Origin: Eledone cirrhosa
Lineage: Eukaryota
Assembly (NCBI GenBank): GCA_964016885.1
Contig: OZ024742.1
Coordinates: 325,314,001 to 325,378,000, forward strand
Length of the DNA: 64,000 bases
Direction: 5' to 3'
Below, piece after piece: positions 61,967-64,000 of the stretch. The notes beneath the pieces are model-generated. The model was not told the origin of the DNA. It ran no database searches and was given only the letters and a program-made list of their open reading frames with translations. The position numbers were made by a program, and so were the translations under genes. Positions within the stretch are counted from its first letter, which is position 1. The number at the start of each line of letters is the position of its first letter.

Positions 61967-63729
61967 AATAAGGGCGCTGCGGAGTTGCAAATGGGTTACA
62001 TATGAAAAAAGTTTGTCCTTCATCAGTGATCTTCCAATTATCATAGGCATTTCATCGCTTTAAAGACCATATACCTCTGGTTGGTGCGAGCAACGGCTAA
62101 AAAAAGTCGTTGGGACACTAAATAAAGGGGACGCGAGGGTAAACAAACAAAATGCTGAGGCAACAGAAAGTGAGGAAGAAGGAGACAAGTCCCAGATCTC
62201 TATGAATTTAAGTTCGGTGAAATCGTGAACGAGAGAATAAAGACCATCAAACCTGGTTGAAATGTGAGCAAGGAAGGAATTTCGCACAGGTCTAACGGGA
62301 AGGAGAAGGGGTCTGGTCTGCGAATTCGGTAACATAAGTTCTGTGATATCGTAGACGAGAGAGAAAAAATTCCGACCAGCTTGGCCGAGAATGTGAGAGA
62401 AAAGAGTTACTCACAGGTCAAACGGGAAGAAAGAGGAAGATATATATATATATATAAACATATATACATATATATATCTGTTTTCCTTTTATTTATATAT
62501 GTATATATACATTGAATATAGTTCTGTCAACATTTACACAGAGATACGCATACAATGACTTTTTCAGGCTAGTACGTTTCTATATATCATGATTAACATA
62601 ACCTAATTAAAAAAAGCTTCCTTGAAATTACCTTTATTAAAGCAATATTAATAACAGTTAGTATGACAAACATGGAATGGTCATTTGCAATTTCTTACAT
62701 TTTTATAATACAAGGTTTGTTCGTGCAAACGTTAAATTTGTAAGTGATTTCACAGCATTAATTACCAGACAAATCAGTCTCATATATTTGTTTAAGAAGA
62801 CAATCATATGAACAAGTTATATAATGTAGTTTTAGATACATTAACTCTAAGGAAAACAACAATGTGGAAACAAGTGGAATATCTCTCGTCATAGTAACAC
62901 ACTAACAAATGTGACCGGTCCTTTATATAGTATATGGTTTGACTGTAATTTGGCTGCTATTTCTAGTAGTTCAATTCCCAAATCCTTATAAAGTCATGTA
63001 TACGTGCCATTAAAAGGATTTATATGGTTGCTTGATTTCCTAGATAACCGGCCGCATTGCTCTCGAAACATATTACCCTATTAAATATAGAAGAACGCAT
63101 TGCTTCACAGGGTCTTTGTTATATTGTCTGAAAATGCAATGGGAATATAATGGATAAATTATATTTTACATTGTTTCGTTTGATGAAACATGCTCTCGGA
63201 AGCTAAAAGAATTCCTACATCAAACATTATTGTATCCTCAGTTTTTCTCCCTCCAGCTCAGCACCACGTCTGTATGAAATTTCAAACGGTTTAACCATTA
63301 TATACAGTAACAACTAATGGATAGTAATAATCAATGCAATATATTTGATTATTGAAAACTTTCTTAATGCTCCAGTGTCAGAGTGATTATGGTATCATAA
63401 AATTTGTTGTCAATAATTCTCTTTCATTATTCCATTGGCAATATCCATATTTCAGATATATAAATAACAAAATAGTTAAATAATCTGGTTTACAAACACA
63501 TCAAAATCACAAAGTCTAGTGTCGATAGCTACGTCATAACAAAAGATATATAGAGTGAAGTATTCCCACTCGGTATAATTAATAAGTTTGCTTCTACCAC
63601 ACACAGACAAACAGGCGCGCGCGCACACGCATACACACATTAACACACACATACTCAGACAAACACTCATACACATACTCAGTATTGTTTATCTATATTA
63701 CTCTCACTAGAAATATATCCATGCATGAT

Positions 63730-64000
63730 TTTTGCTAAGCATACTGCAGGATTACTAGGCAATTTCCCTAGGTGTGCGGTTTTGATTATCATGCAGCGAG
63801 CTCTTCTCAAGTAGATTCTTCCCAACTCTTATCTGTCTCTTGCAGACTTGCTCAATAGATGCGGTGTTGCGCTTAGTCGTTCGTAGATGTTGTCAGAGGG
63901 ATATGATGCGACACTTAAATGATATCTAGACTGATGTTAGGCCTCTGCCTCCTTGTTTACGCTTCAGGTAGAGTCGGTCTATGTTACTGATGATGTGGAC
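63730..64000 (-). mobile_element. Fragment of an R4-like RT element running off the window end
   Basis: The minus strand encodes NIDRLYLKRKQGGRGL, matching the DRIYL.RKEGG.GL motif of the Dong copies. Confidence 0.6.

Overview
This is AT- and microsatellite-rich metazoan DNA, probably cephalopod (Octopus-like); that is inferred from the repeat families, not proven. It is almost entirely retroelement-derived and has two contrasting zones. (1) A ~30 kb array (27.4-57.7 kb) of non-LTR elements, mostly abutting at short (ATT)n tracts. It holds four plus-strand L1/Tx1-clade LINEs with APE-RT (two with intact ORF1 and ORF2), two minus-strand R4/Dong-clade LINEs with RT and restriction-like endonuclease, an R4 fragment and a tRNA-SINE. 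(2) (TA)n-associated Penelope-like material: a ~5.7 kb fold-back of a Naiad-type RT-GIY-YIG element, many small fold-back hairpins, and a 426-bp tandem unit. These carry numerous hammerhead ribozyme (HHR) motifs, including an intact U3-A8 core variant. The most interesting observations are: two LINE clades sharing the (ATT/AAT)n target in opposite orientations; a GGTAAGT splice donor at the ORF1 stop of every Tx1 copy, where a 52-54-nt intron would fuse ORF1 and ORF2 in frame; a 5'UTR/ORF1 swap on a shared ORF2; and a recurring architecture of inverted arm + HHR + tail. Two candidate host exons lie at 1443-1981. All folds and alignments were done by eye.
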